A program made the position numbers and the translations under genes. Shown here piece by piece: positions 48,001 to 57,792 of a stretch of 64,000 nt of DNA. Position 1 is the stretch's first letter. Each line of letters begins with the position of its first letter. Under the pieces are notes generated by a model. That model saw nothing but the letters and a program-made list of their open reading frames with translations. It was not told where the DNA came from and searched no databases. This DNA is from a bacterium. Its GTDB lineage: Bacteria; Electryoneota; AABM5-125-24; Hatepunaeales; Hatepunaeaceae. The stretch covers positions 2,634 through 66,633 of the forward strand of contig JALGVR010000001.1 in assembly GCA_025774605.1 (NCBI GenBank), in the 5' to 3' direction.

Positions 48001-48619
48001 CGCGCTGGTGATGTTCATGCACTTTCTTCTCGTCGATCATCGCGCGCATGTCATCTTCGGTCAATGCTTCGATCTTCTGCACCTCGTGCGAGCTGCGGAA
48101 ACCGTCGAAGAAATGAATGAACGGGACGCGGGTTTCGAGTGTCGCCGCGGTTCCGACAAGCGCCAGATCCATTATTTCCTGGATCGATCCGGAGGAGAGC
48201 AATCCCCAGCCGGTGGAACGCACTGCCATGATGTCGCTGTGATCGCCGAAGATCGAGAGCGCATGGGTGGCGATCGTACGAGCCGAGACATGGAAGCAGG
48301 TCGGGGTCAGCTCGCCGGCTATTTTGAACATGCTCGGGATCATCAGCAGCAGACCCTGCGAGGCGGTGAAGGTGGTGGTCAGGGCGCCCGATTGCAGCGC
48401 GCCGTGAACGGCTGCCGAGGCGCCGCCTTCGCTCTGCATTTCGATAACCTGTGGTATGGTGCCCCAGATGTTGCGTTTTCCTTCCGCCGACCATTGGTCA
48501 GCCCATTCGCCCATGTTCGACGACGGGGTGATGGGGTATATGGCGATCACCTCGTTCAGGTGATGCGCTACGTATGCGGCGGCTTCGTTGCCGTCGATGG
48601 TTACCTTGTGTCTATTCAC
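45044..48619 (-). CDS. por: Pyruvate:ferredoxin (flavodoxin) oxidoreductase, single-polypeptide type.
   Basis: 1191 aa. Collinear PFOR domains, including the ferredoxin domain (CTQCGKCIIACP; CTGCTICVEVCP) and the TPP-binding GDGW motif. Confidence 0.9.
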   Translation of the reverse strand: MNRHKVTIDGNEAAAYVAHHLNEVIAIYPITPSSNMGEWADQWSAEGKRNIWGTIPQVIEMQSEGGASAAVHGALQSGALTTTFTASQGLLLMIPSMFKIAGELTPTCFHVSARTIATHALSIFGDHSDIMAVRSTGWGLLSSGSIQEIMDLALVGTAATLETRVPFIHFFDGFRSSHEVQKIEALTEDDMRAMIDEKKVHEHHQRGMRPEKPELRGSSQNPDVFFQARERINPFYEAAPDIVQKVMDRFHKVVGRRYNLFDYVGHPEAERIIVLMGSGVEAAHETVDYLVGTGEKVGVIKVRLFRPFSVKHFIGALPVTTQSIAVLDRTKEPGADGEPLYKDVVTAISESMSDTPPWKTFPKIIGGRYGLSSKEFTPAMVKAVFDELKKDNPKRRFTVGIEDDVTHLSLDYDHDFSVEGDDVKRCLFYGLGADGTVGANKNSIKIIGEGTDNFAQGYFVYDSKKSGAITVSHLRFGPAPIRSTYLVHKANFIACHQTVFLEKYDMLSTAVDGATFLLNSYAPPDKVWDTLPRSFQRTIIDKKMKFYVIDAYKVARETGMGERVNTIMQTCFFAISGILPRDEAIEHIKESIKKTYGAKGDKIVQMNFNAVDQAVAHMHEVPVPDHVTSDFEQPPPVSDEAPQYVRDVLGTIISNNGDTLPVSAFPVDGIFQTASTQWEKRNIALEIPVWEADLCTQCGKCIIACPHAAIRHKVYDPELLRDAPPTFKSADYKAKDFKGMKYTVQVAPEDCTGCTICVEVCPVKDKKEPKRKALNMAPQPPLRETERENFKFYLSLPVVDRTKVRINSVKGSQFLEPLFEFSGACAGCGETPYVKLVSQLFGDRAIIGNATGCSSIYGGNLPTTPWAVNKDGLGPTWNNSLFEDTAEFALGLRLTIDKHREFSFELMDRLRDEIGGELADALRECRQVDEAEINEQRNRVAILKKKLQKIDSWEAKHLLEVCDALVRKSVWGMGGDGWAYDIGYGGLDHVLAMGRNVNLLVLDTGVYSNTGGQCSKATPLSAVAKFAASGKPIPRKDLGMMAINYGHVYVAQVAMGANDGQCVRALIEAENYDGPSLIIAYSHCIAHGIDMGKGMEHQVLAVNSGVWPLYRYNPDLAKEGKNPLKLDSKPPSIPVKDFAYSETRFKMLTRFKPERAKELSDYFQKDTLARWRYYEQLSKLDFSNETAAEKE

Positions 48620-48850
48620 TGTATCTCCTTAATTAAGGGATGGTTAATCGTTCAGGTTGTATGCAATGTAAGATAGTTGTTCTCATTTATTGGCGCCCCT
48701 GGCGCGGGCACGGAGACCCGCGCCGCTGTGTCGGTTAAAACCTGCATTGTCAATCACACCTTGACCAAGTATGCCTTTTGAATGATAGACTGACATTGTA
48801 ATTGATCAATCTCTTTCAGTGGGGCGGGACTCCGCGCCTGCCCGGATCTG

Positions 48851-49471
48851 CTATCTGATTTCCGTTCGACCATCCAGCGACTGTTGCAGCGTGCTGTCAT
48901 CGACCAATTCAAGATCGCTCCCCATCGGTATGCCGCGCGCGATGCGGGTGACCCGGACCTTGAACGGCTGGCAGGCACGGGCGATGTACAGCGCGGTGGT
49001 CTCACCCTCTGAAGTTGGATTTGTGGCGATGACGACCTCGCGGACTTCAGCGCCCTTAAGACGTTCTAACAGCGGTCCTATCCTGATCTCATCGGGACCC
49101 ATGCCGTCAAGCGGGGAGATCGCGCCTCCCAGCACATGATAGACGCCCCGCCAACCGCCGGTGCGCTCGATGGCGATGACGTCACCAGGCTCTTCAACCA
49201 CGCAGATTTTGCTGTGATCGCGGTTGGTGTCGGCGCATATCGGGCAGGGGTCTTCTTCGGACAGTGTCCAGCAGGTGCGGCAAAATGAGACGCGGTCCTT
49301 GACCGCGATGAGCGCCTCGGCAAGCGAAAGGGCGAAATCGCGTGGTGATTTAAGAACGTGAAGCGCCATTCTCATGGCGGATTTACGTCCGACACCGGGA
49401 AATCCGGAGAGTCTCTCAGCCAGGGACAAAACTGCCGGCGGCAGTCCGGAAGGGGCAGGTTTATCGTTCAT
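48851..49471 (-). CDS. recR: Recombination protein RecR.
   Basis: Zn-finger CRTCWTLSEEDPCPIC, Toprim domain, and GFPGVGRKSAMRMA HhH motif. Confidence 0.85.
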   Translation of the reverse strand: MNDKPAPSGLPPAVLSLAERLSGFPGVGRKSAMRMALHVLKSPRDFALSLAEALIAVKDRVSFCRTCWTLSEEDPCPICADTNRDHSKICVVEEPGDVIAIERTGGWRGVYHVLGGAISPLDGMGPDEIRIGPLLERLKGAEVREVVIATNPTSEGETTALYIARACQPFKVRVTRIARGIPMGSDLELVDDSTLQQSLDGRTEIR

Positions 49472-49681
49472 CAGGTCTATCGTTGGTAAGTATGAACATT
49501 AACATACAGCAATGTAAAAAAATTATCAAGCTCGATCAAGAATATCGCCTGTTATATGGCTTGAATGATCAGTAAAGGTATTACATCTTTACCGTATCGA
49601 TCCGGTGTGGACCGGTATACTTCGTTTGAAGATGATAAGTTCCGGGATTGTAAGCATGACGGAGCCCCAATACACTTCGCG

Positions 49682-49713
49682 AAAAAAAACCCGCCCAGTC
49701 ATGCTGGGCGGGT
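49682..49713 (-). terminator. Rho-independent terminator of the csp gene (minus strand).
   Basis: Minus strand: cccgcccag-catgac-tgggcggg followed by T8. Confidence 0.7.
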
Positions 49714-49765
49714 TGCGGGTGGGTCGTAAGACCACCAAACGGATTAGCGGTAAGGTCTGTTAACC

Positions 49766-49981
49766 TTATGATACACGCTTGACCGCACGGGCAGCTTTCC
49801 CTTTCGGACCTTCTTCGACCTCGAATTCGACTTCATCACCCTCGTTGAGGGTTCTGAATCCTTCGCTCAGAATCGCGCTCTGATGGACAAAGACGTCCGG
49901 ACCGCCTTCGATTCCGATAAAACCAAAGCCCTTCTGGTCGTTAAACCATTTGACCTTGCCTTTTATCCGTTGTTCTTCCAT
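49766..49981 (-). CDS. cspA: Cold-shock protein (CspA family).
   Basis: [19 protein letters not shown]1 and [11 protein letters not shown]2 motifs. 71 aa. Confidence 0.85.
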   Translation of the reverse strand: MEEQRIKGKVKWFNDQKGFGFIGIEGGPDVFVHQSAILSEGFRTLNEGDEVEFEVEEGPKGKAARAVKRVS

Positions 49982-50235
49982 TACTACAATCCTTCCTAAC
50001 TTGGGGATAATTGGTTACCCGTTTCCCCAACCCTGCCGTAAAGCAAAAAAATTCCGCTCAATATAAGAACTGACCGGACCCATACTGTTTTGACTCCCCA
50101 CATCGGGAATCAATTTAATTTAACCCTAAATATATGTATAGTCAAGCAAAAAGGAGTCTATCATGCAAAAAAGATCTCAAAAAGCTGAGAATCCCGAAAG
50201 AAACGGTCTGTTGGGAGGAATATTTTCTGTTTGAG

Positions 50236-50300
50236 CCTGGAGGGCGGACAGGAATGTCCGCCCTCCAGGCTGTGATCCGAGAGCATTAATTGCACTCCTT
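50236..50300. repeat. Family-C repeat: a perfect 15-bp-stem palindrome cctggagggcggaca-ggaa-tgtccgccctccagg followed by ATTAATTGCACTCCTT. It lies immediately downstream of the PAS-HisKA gene.
   Basis: Homologous to 7142-7245. Confidence 0.55.
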
Positions 50301-50342
50301 GAAGGTGATGAAGTCCATGTTCGCGCTGGCGGGGCGCGGGAA

Positions 50343-51428
50343 CTATTTCACTTCGTCATCGCCCGTCGACCTGCTGATATCGGCTATATCGCTTTCGTCG
50401 GTGTAGGATTTGGTCTCAAAGCGGACAATGCGCAGCATCTGTCTTAAGAGTGTATCCATTCTGTTTACCAGCATCGGGATATTCGACACGAGCTCCTTCA
50501 CCCTTTTATTATCGACTTCTTCGTGATCGATAATGTCCGCAATCGACATCAACGCCTGCAGCGGCTGGTTGGCTTCATGGGCGATTCCACCGGCTATCTT
50601 GCGCACCGCGTCAAGCCTGGCTGTCTTCAGTCTCTCCTTCTCGATCTCCCTCTGTTGCGATATATCCCGAAAGCTGGAAATGATAACGATTCTGCCTGAC
50701 AGGTGTGCCAGCGCCATGCTGATCTGGACGGGAATTTCTGCCTTGTCCTTCCTGATATATGTCTCCTCGAAGATGATACTGCCATCGGCGTAGAGTTTCG
50801 TGATTCCCTCGCTCTCCAGATAGTGCTTGGATGGCGGCGTCAGATCCGCAAGGGTCTTCCCGATCAGCTCATCTCGTTTGTATCCCGTCTGCGTTTCCGC
50901 AGCCCGGTTGACCTCGATGATCTCTTCGGTCTTGATGTCAGCCACAATTATCGCGTCATTTGACTGGTCGAACAACAGGCGGTACCGCGATTCAAGCTCC
51001 GCCAGTGATTGATCCCGGTTGACCTGTTGAGTTACATCAGATACTATTAACAGCAGTGCGCCGTTCTCGTCGGCTTCATTGTCGGCGATCCGCCCAAGTT
51101 TCAACAGAACGGGAAACCGGGTGCCGTCATCGCGCCGCATATCCGCTTCAAACCGGATGATTTCAGCTTTGGAAAGCTTCCTGTGTGAGTCGATCAGCCT
51201 CGTCCGGAACACCCTCTGGTCATGGGACAGGTCAAAGATGGTCTTGCCCTTGAGCTCGGCCGATGATTTTTCGAAGATGCGCTCGAAGGCTTTATTCACG
51301 ACCCTGACAGTGTACCCGCTTCCGTCCAGGATGCAGATACCATCCTCGATGGCGTTGAACAGGGTGTTCAGGGTTGCCGACAGAACCGGTTGATCGTTAC
51401 TGATTGCTCCATCCATGGCATTTATCAT
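50343..51428 (-). CDS. PAS/PAS-HisKA sensor protein that ends after the dimerisation/phosphoacceptor domain (no HATPase_c).
   Basis: Two PAS-like blocks, then an H-box (AGGIAHEANQPL). The ORF stops about 60 aa after the H-box. No N/G-box. Confidence 0.55.
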   Translation of the reverse strand: MINAMDGAISNDQPVLSATLNTLFNAIEDGICILDGSGYTVRVVNKAFERIFEKSSAELKGKTIFDLSHDQRVFRTRLIDSHRKLSKAEIIRFEADMRRDDGTRFPVLLKLGRIADNEADENGALLLIVSDVTQQVNRDQSLAELESRYRLLFDQSNDAIIVADIKTEEIIEVNRAAETQTGYKRDELIGKTLADLTPPSKHYLESEGITKLYADGSIIFEETYIRKDKAEIPVQISMALAHLSGRIVIISSFRDISQQREIEKERLKTARLDAVRKIAGGIAHEANQPLQALMSIADIIDHEEVDNKRVKELVSNIPMLVNRMDTLLRQMLRIVRFETKSYTDESDIADISRSTGDDEVK

Positions 51429-51617
51429 TTTCCGCCCGCTTGTGAGTTATCCGGATATCCAGGCGTTCAAACCTGCATTTTAACACGAATAGTGGAATTA
51501 TGCAACCGACCTTGACAGTTGAGCCGGATTATCGGCTCTCCCGTGAGGTTTTTACCGTGTCAATACCATCATTACACGATAAACTGCACCGGGTTACAGC
51601 GGCGCATTCAGCGGCGG

Positions 51618-53549
51618 TCAAATAAGTGTCTTAAGCCTGCGCCGTGTCCGGTCTATCAGCGGACTGTCAGGATACTCAACCAGCAGTCGTTCGTAAAATT
51701 CGGCTGCCATCTGTTGATTTCCGGTATTCTCTTCGCAAATCTGACCGGCGTGGAACAGGGCGAGGTCTGCGCGCAGTGCCGCTCCGCCGAGGTCAATGAT
51801 CCGGTTCAGAAGACCCAGGGCGGATTCAAAGCGACGCCGGTTCAATTCAATCCGGTACATTCTCCACAGGGCTTCCTCCATCAGGCGCGGTGAACCGGAT
51901 ATCGCCAGGCTGTCGAGGATGTGAATTGCGGTTTCACTGTCGCTCATGAAGTCCGCCAGGTCGGCCTTTCCCAGCGCGCGGACGGCATCGGGGCTGTCCT
52001 TCAGATCGGTCAACAGGGCGGCGAGGGCGATGGCGTCGTTGGCGTACTCGCTTGACGGATCGGAGATCAGCAGGGCGTTTATCTGGTTGCGCATCTCCTC
52101 CAGGTCTCCCTGCTGGAAGGCGATTCGAATCAGTTCCGAGCGCGCCGCGGACGCGGCTCTGGAGCTGCGGCGCTTTGGCTTGATAATCGCCTCGAGTTCC
52201 CGCCGGGCGCGGTCAAGGTCGCCTTCCTTGGCCCAGCTTAGTGCAGCAATGACCGCTATTTCATCACGACTGTCGCGCGGGATTCGGGCTTTCACCGCGA
52301 TCTTCAGCGCGGATTTGAGGAGTTCTCGAACCTTCCCGGGTGAACCGCCGTTATCAAACTCGAGCAGACCAAGGCTCCTGTAAGCTTCGAACAGGGCGTC
52401 TGGAGGGCTCTCGGGCTTCAACACCGAACTGAAGGCCGATCGGGCGCTGTCGATTTCACCCTCCGCCTTTGCAGCTTGTCCCTTTCCCAGCAATGCGTGG
52501 GCTGTGGACCCGGCGGAAAGCTGCGCGGCGACAAGCTCGTTGTATGCTTCCCAGGCAAGTGCATATTCATTTTCGGTCATCAATTGATCGGCGAACTGCA
52601 GCAGTTCCCTGCCGGGTTCCCGGCCCATCCTGTCAAGAAGCTTGTACTGAGCGAGAGCCTGACCGTACCGTTTCGCCTTGAAGTGAAGCGAAGCCAGGAG
52701 CCGCCGCAACACGATGGAGAAATCCGGGTCGGTATCTTCGATTCGTTCGGAAATGAGCTTGACGGCGATGCTGTCGGCGCCGCTTTCAGCGGGCATGTCC
52801 CCTATCGCTCCGGTGATGTAGTTCAGTCGGCTGGAGCGCTCCTCGAGGTAGAGGATATATTCCCTGATCGCCTCTTCCCAGTTCATGTGGGCTTCGTGCC
52901 AGCGAGCCATTTCACGGGCGAACAGATGTGGATTGCCGCTTTCCGACCGTCCCCGTTTGATGACTGCGAAGGCTTCGTCGTCATGCCGTTGACCGAAAAG
53001 CACCGATGCGATCTCGCTGTAAATCCTGTCCTGACCTTTGAAATCGGTCAGTGCGGACTCAATCTCATTCTCCGCGTCATCAGGTCTGCCCGCCATGTAA
53101 AGCACTTCAATGCGATCGGCGGTCAGGGAGATCAGGTCGCGCAGATTTCCGCCGCTGCCGGTTGATGCGGCCAATGAGCCGAGGAATTCGAGCGCTTCGT
53201 CGTAACGTTCCAGTCCGATGAGCGTGCGCTGAATGCCGCGGCGTGCCGAGTAATCGTCCGGTCGAAGCGCGATGACAGCACGCCACAGATCGAGTGCCCG
53301 TTCCAGTTTGCCGGCGGTCTCGGCGCTGCGTGCCAGCCGTGAGATGCGGTATATCTCCTTCTGCCTGCCCTGGTCTTGTTCCTGTATATTTAACGGTTTT
53401 GGTATCGGAACCGGCTGCTGACCGAAGCAGATCAAAGCTGGTGTGAACAGGGCGAGGAAAAACAGACCAGTGGAAAGGGCAATGGCTGATCCTCCGGCAG
53501 ATGAAGAACCATGAAGTCCATGATTCTCGGTTTTGTTTTTTATTATCAA
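51618..53549 (-). CDS. Tetratricopeptide-repeat protein with an N-terminal signal/TM segment.
   Basis: Repeated A/L/Y-rich 34-aa helical repeats throughout. An N-terminal hydrophobic segment. No catalytic motif recognised. Confidence 0.55.
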   Translation of the reverse strand: MIIKNKTENHGLHGSSSAGGSAIALSTGLFFLALFTPALICFGQQPVPIPKPLNIQEQDQGRQKEIYRISRLARSAETAGKLERALDLWRAVIALRPDDYSARRGIQRTLIGLERYDEALEFLGSLAASTGSGGNLRDLISLTADRIEVLYMAGRPDDAENEIESALTDFKGQDRIYSEIASVLFGQRHDDEAFAVIKRGRSESGNPHLFAREMARWHEAHMNWEEAIREYILYLEERSSRLNYITGAIGDMPAESGADSIAVKLISERIEDTDPDFSIVLRRLLASLHFKAKRYGQALAQYKLLDRMGREPGRELLQFADQLMTENEYALAWEAYNELVAAQLSAGSTAHALLGKGQAAKAEGEIDSARSAFSSVLKPESPPDALFEAYRSLGLLEFDNGGSPGKVRELLKSALKIAVKARIPRDSRDEIAVIAALSWAKEGDLDRARRELEAIIKPKRRSSRAASAARSELIRIAFQQGDLEEMRNQINALLISDPSSEYANDAIALAALLTDLKDSPDAVRALGKADLADFMSDSETAIHILDSLAISGSPRLMEEALWRMYRIELNRRRFESALGLLNRIIDLGGAALRADLALFHAGQICEENTGNQQMAAEFYERLLVEYPDSPLIDRTRRRLKTLI

Positions 53550-53579
53550 AAGATTTTTAATTCCCTGCTTAACGTCGTG

Positions 53580-54461
53580 TCAATTTTTACCAATCTTATA
53601 CACCTCTGCGGCTTCTTCGGCACGGTACGAGCTGCGAACGAGCGGTCCGGCGGTGACGTGGTCGAAGCCGATCACGCGGGCGAAATCCTCCAACTCCCTG
53701 AATTCGGATTTATCCAGGAAACGTACGACCGGCAGGTTGTCCTTCGTCGCCTGCAGGTATTGACCGATGGTGAGGCTGCGGCAGCCTGCGTCGCGGAGCC
53801 GGTAGATGACCGCCCGCAGTTCCGCGAAGGATTCACCCAATCCCACGATCAGCCCGGACTTGGTCACCAGGCCGCGGTCGGCGAAAGACCTGATCAGATC
53901 CAGCGATCGCTTGAAATCCGCCCCCGGGCGCACTTCGGGATAGAGGCTCGGAACGGTTTCAACATTGTGGTTCAGGATGTCCGGCGGATGCTCCATGATG
54001 GCGTCCACCGCGTCGGGCTTGCCGCGGAAGTCGGGCACCAGTATCTCGATGCCCGCTTCAGGCAGCATTTCATGCAGCTCGCCGACCACCGCCGCGAAAT
54101 GCGACGCTCCGCCGTCCGGCAGGTCGTCACGGGTGACGGATGTGATCACGACCCAGTTCAGCTTCATCTCACGGGCGGCTTCAGCCAGCCGGCGCGGCTC
54201 ATCGGGATCGAGCGGCAACGGTCTGCCGTGTCCGACGGCGCAGAAACGGCAGTTGCGGGTGCAGATGTTACCCATGATCATGAACGTCGCCGTGCCGCGT
54301 CCCCAGCATTCGCCGAGGTTCGGACAGCGGGCGCTGTGGCAGACCGTATGCAGCCTCTGCCTGACCAGCAAGCCCTTGACGTGAGTGTATTTTTCACCCC
54401 CGCCCAGTTTGATCTTCAACCACGATGGAAGCCGGGGACGGGGTTGGTTGGATGGTTGCAT
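53580..54461 (-). CDS. lipA: Lipoyl synthase.
   Basis: CPNLGECW auxiliary cluster and CTRNCRFC radical-SAM cluster. 293 aa. Confidence 0.85.
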   Translation of the reverse strand: MQPSNQPRPRLPSWLKIKLGGGEKYTHVKGLLVRQRLHTVCHSARCPNLGECWGRGTATFMIMGNICTRNCRFCAVGHGRPLPLDPDEPRRLAEAAREMKLNWVVITSVTRDDLPDGGASHFAAVVGELHEMLPEAGIEILVPDFRGKPDAVDAIMEHPPDILNHNVETVPSLYPEVRPGADFKRSLDLIRSFADRGLVTKSGLIVGLGESFAELRAVIYRLRDAGCRSLTIGQYLQATKDNLPVVRFLDKSEFRELEDFARVIGFDHVTAGPLVRSSYRAEEAAEVYKIGKN

Positions 54462-54519
54462 TTATACCTTGATAAATCCGCTTTTCTATTTGGTAATTGT
54501 GGCAATTTACAATCACGCC

Positions 54520-55986
54520 CTACCCGAACACCGATTTCCCCGTCACCGCGTTGGCTGCTTCGGTGAAGGCTTCAGACAGGGATGGATGCGGCTGTGATGT
54601 GCCGGCGAGAACCCCCGCGGTCATGTCCAGCTTGCGTCCGATCACGATCTGACCGATCAGCTCCGGCGCGCCGGTTCCGACGACGTGTGCCCCCAGAATC
54701 CTCTCGGTGTCGCGGTTGACGATCAGCTTGACCAGTCCGTCCTTCATACCCCGCGCCACGGCGCGATCGTTGGCGCTGAAATAACTCTTGCCGATCTTGA
54801 AATCATACCCGCTTTCGGCTGCGGTCTCCTCCGATATCCCGACCGTGGCTACTTCGGGATGACAGTAAATGCAGGAGGGCATGTTTTCGTAACTTATACC
54901 TGAGGATTCCTGCCCCGCCATGGTCTCGGCCGCGCAGGCGCCCTCCAGTAAAGCCGCCTGTGCCAATAACGGAGGTCCGGCGCAGTCCCCGACGGCGTAA
55001 ATTCCCGGGATGCTTGTCCGCATGTGATCGTCGACCGCGATGAACCCCTCGTCCAACTCCATGCCCAGCGATTCAAGTCCAAGATGTTTTACGCTTGCCA
55101 CCCGCCCGATGTTGACGATGCAGATATCGGCGTAAAGATCGGCAGGTCCTTCGCCGGTGTCGATGAAGTAATGCCATACATCCCGGCTGCGGTCTATTCC
55201 GGTCAGCCTGCTCGACGTCTGGATGCGAATCCCCCTCTGCTTGAATATCCGGCTGATCGTCCGGATGATGTCCTCATCCATCGCCTCAAGTATACCGCTC
55301 CGGCTTTCGACGATGGTAACCTGGCTGTCCATGGCCTGGAAGACGTAAGCGAACTCGAGGCTGATGGCGTTGCCACCGATGATCAGCACCCGGCGGGGTA
55401 TCCGGTCGAGATCGATCACTTCCCGGGGGCTGATGATCTTTCCCCTCTCGAATTCCACGCCCGGATAAGGTTTGGGTTCCGCCCCCGTGGCGATTACGAC
55501 GTTTTCCGCCTCGACCGTCAGATCCTCTCCGTCCGCGGTGGCTATCTTTACATGGTTGGCGTCCTTCAGTGAGGCTGATCCCTTGATCACCGCCGCCTTC
55601 CACTTGGCGAGGGTTATCTCCCCGCCCTTGGAGATCAGATTGGAAACGGTTCTGGCGCGCTTGACGACCGCCGGCCAGTCGGGCTTCGGTTCCGCCTGCT
55701 TCAAGCCGAACGCCGATGCCTGACGGGAGATGTCGATGACATGCGCCGATTCGATCAGCGACATCGTCGGCAGACGACTCCGGCGCAATGATATGCCGGC
55801 AAGGTCCTTGCGGGCGATCAGAACGGTTTTCATCCCCAGTTGAGCCGACCTGACCGCCGCCGCGAAACCGCCGGGACCACCGCCGATCACGGCCACCTCG
55901 CAGGAATCCGTATGTTTGAGTTTTATGATCTCGATCTCCCGTTCAGTCTTTTTATAATTATAGTGCATCCGCACCTGTTCAGGCAA
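54520..55986 (-). CDS. Dihydrolipoyl dehydrogenase-like flavoprotein (pyridine nucleotide-disulfide oxidoreductase class I). Both redox-active cysteines are substituted.
   Basis: FAD motif VIGGGPGG. The C-terminal HPSLSE His-Glu dyad is conserved. Where GTCLNVGCIPSK is expected, the sequence reads GISLRRSRLPTM (Cys to Ser and Cys to Arg, by substitution not frameshift). Confidence 0.65.
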   Translation of the reverse strand: MPEQVRMHYNYKKTEREIEIIKLKHTDSCEVAVIGGGPGGFAAAVRSAQLGMKTVLIARKDLAGISLRRSRLPTMSLIESAHVIDISRQASAFGLKQAEPKPDWPAVVKRARTVSNLISKGGEITLAKWKAAVIKGSASLKDANHVKIATADGEDLTVEAENVVIATGAEPKPYPGVEFERGKIISPREVIDLDRIPRRVLIIGGNAISLEFAYVFQAMDSQVTIVESRSGILEAMDEDIIRTISRIFKQRGIRIQTSSRLTGIDRSRDVWHYFIDTGEGPADLYADICIVNIGRVASVKHLGLESLGMELDEGFIAVDDHMRTSIPGIYAVGDCAGPPLLAQAALLEGACAAETMAGQESSGISYENMPSCIYCHPEVATVGISEETAAESGYDFKIGKSYFSANDRAVARGMKDGLVKLIVNRDTERILGAHVVGTGAPELIGQIVIGRKLDMTAGVLAGTSQPHPSLSEAFTEAANAVTGKSVFG

Positions 55987-56108
55987 ATAAATCCTCGCCG
56001 CAGTTGGAGCGGGGTTGAAAATAGTGTTCGTGAAACCGGTAAATTTTGCCCCAACGGGGTTGAAACTGTTGACATGCGCCGGGTAAACCCTTATTTTTAA
56101 GGAAATGT

Positions 56109-57530
56109 TTGTACGGAGTTGGTTTGTCTGAGAATCTGTTGAACGGCATGCGCCTCCTGGTTGTTGACGATGAAGAGATCATACGCGATTTCTTTTTCGA
56201 GGCATTGACGCGGCGTAACGTGGACGTCACGACCTGCAGCGACGGCGTCGAGGCGCGCGATCTGCTTGAGAGACATCAGTTCGACCTGGTCATCACCGAC
56301 TATAAGATGCCCAACATGAATGGTATGGAGTTGCTGGAATACATACTCGGTTCTCATCCAACCATTCCGGTTATCATGTTCACCGCCTACGGGACAATTG
56401 AAGGTGCGGTCGAAGCGATGCGCGCCGGTGCGTTCGACTACCTGAAAAAGCCGCTGGACAGGGATCTGAACGTACTGGTTGAAATAGTGCTCAAACGGGC
56501 GTTTCAACATCGGCGGTTGTTGGTTGAGATCGCGCGGCTGCAGAACGAGCTCATCGACAATAACACCTTCGACAACCTGGTCGGACCGGGTCCTGAGATG
56601 CAGCGGATACGCAAGCTGCTCTCTACGGTAGCGCCCACACAGGCGACGGTCCTCATTCAGGGTGAAAGCGGAACCGGCAAGGAGCTGGTCGCCAGAGCCA
56701 TCCACTATAACAGCCCGCGCGCCAAAGGTCCCTTCATCAAGGTGAACTGTGCGGCGCTGCCGGAAGGGCTGATCGAAAGCGAGCTGTTCGGTCACGAAAA
56801 GGGCGCGTTCACCGGGGCGATCAAGACCACGCGCGGTAAATTTGAGGCGGCAAACGGCGGAACCCTGCTGCTCGATGAGATTGGCGAGATGCCCAAGGGA
56901 TTACAAGCCAAACTGCTGCGCATACTCCAGGAACGGGAGTTCCAGCGCGTCGGCTCGAACGAAAACGTGAAGATCGACATCAGGATACTTGCCACCACCA
57001 ACATCGATCTCGATCTGGCGATCAGGGAGAAGCGATTCCGCAAAGATCTCTTCTATCGTCTCAACGTCATCCCGATCAAGCTTCCGTCGTTGTCGCAGCG
57101 CAGGGGTGACATTCCAGCGCTTGCATACCATTTCCTGCGCAAGTATTGCCGCATGCACAAGCGAAACATCAAGCGCATCTCCAACCAGGCGCTGAGCTAC
57201 CTTTCCAACTCAACCTGGTCGGGAAACGTCCGCGAGCTCGAGAACGCAATCGAGCGTGCGGTTATCCTGTGCCGCGGAGGTCAGCTTGAGCCCGCGGACT
57301 TCTTCGTCTATGAAGACAGACCGGAATCAGTCGTAGCCTCACCTTTCAGCGACATCGAGTCCGCCCCGGAGGGTTCGATGACTATTGCCGAACTCGAAAA
57401 ACAGCACATCCTCAGAACACTCAAAGCCAAAGATGGTCATCGTGCCCACACCGCTGAGGCACTCGGCATCTCCATCCGTACGCTCAGAAACAAGCTCAAC
57501 GAATATCGTCAGGTGGGAGAGAATATCTGA
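56109..57530 (+). CDS. Sigma-54-dependent response regulator (REC - AAA+ sigma54-activator - Fis-type HTH). Probably the flagellar class regulator (FleR/FlgR/FlrC-like). TTG start, or ATG at 56148.
   Basis: LVVDDE...D receiver. GESGTGKE Walker A. GAFTGA sigma54-contact motif. C-terminal HTH. It lies directly upstream of a consensus sigma54 promoter and flgB. Confidence 0.8.
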   Translation: MYGVGLSENLLNGMRLLVVDDEEIIRDFFFEALTRRNVDVTTCSDGVEARDLLERHQFDLVITDYKMPNMNGMELLEYILGSHPTIPVIMFTAYGTIEGAVEAMRAGAFDYLKKPLDRDLNVLVEIVLKRAFQHRRLLVEIARLQNELIDNNTFDNLVGPGPEMQRIRKLLSTVAPTQATVLIQGESGTGKELVARAIHYNSPRAKGPFIKVNCAALPEGLIESELFGHEKGAFTGAIKTTRGKFEAANGGTLLLDEIGEMPKGLQAKLLRILQEREFQRVGSNENVKIDIRILATTNIDLDLAIREKRFRKDLFYRLNVIPIKLPSLSQRRGDIPALAYHFLRKYCRMHKRNIKRISNQALSYLSNSTWSGNVRELENAIERAVILCRGGQLEPADFFVYEDRPESVVASPFSDIESAPEGSMTIAELEKQHILRTLKAKDGHRAHTAEALGISIRTLRNKLNEYRQVGENI

Positions 57531-57609
57531 CCTGAAGGCATATTTTGCCGATTGGATCTTTATTGCTTGACTTGTTACTCAACGCGGTCCATTTCCATAT
57601 CGACTGCCC

Positions 57610-57682
57610 GGGGAGCGACGACTTCAGTCGTAGTAATATAAAATCGAAAGCCATTTGTGGACGACTGAAGTCGTCCCTCCCC
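57610..57682. repeat. Family-B MITE-like element (ggggagcgacgacttcagtcgtag ... ggacgactgaagtcgtccctcccc).
   Basis: Identical 24-mer to 44941-44964. Confidence 0.65.
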
Positions 57683-57792
57683 GCAAAAAATGAGCTCGAT
57701 GTCAATCGTAAACAGCACCCTTGATAAAGACTGTTCTTCGGGCGGCGTGGAGGCCGTGTCAAACCGGGGATATCCGGTGGTCATTGTTACTC

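Noticed and set aside
55790-55830. A frameshift as the explanation for the missing CxxxxC in the Lpd-like gene.
   Set aside because: None of the three frames over this segment encodes a CLNVGC-like peptide. The change is by substitution.
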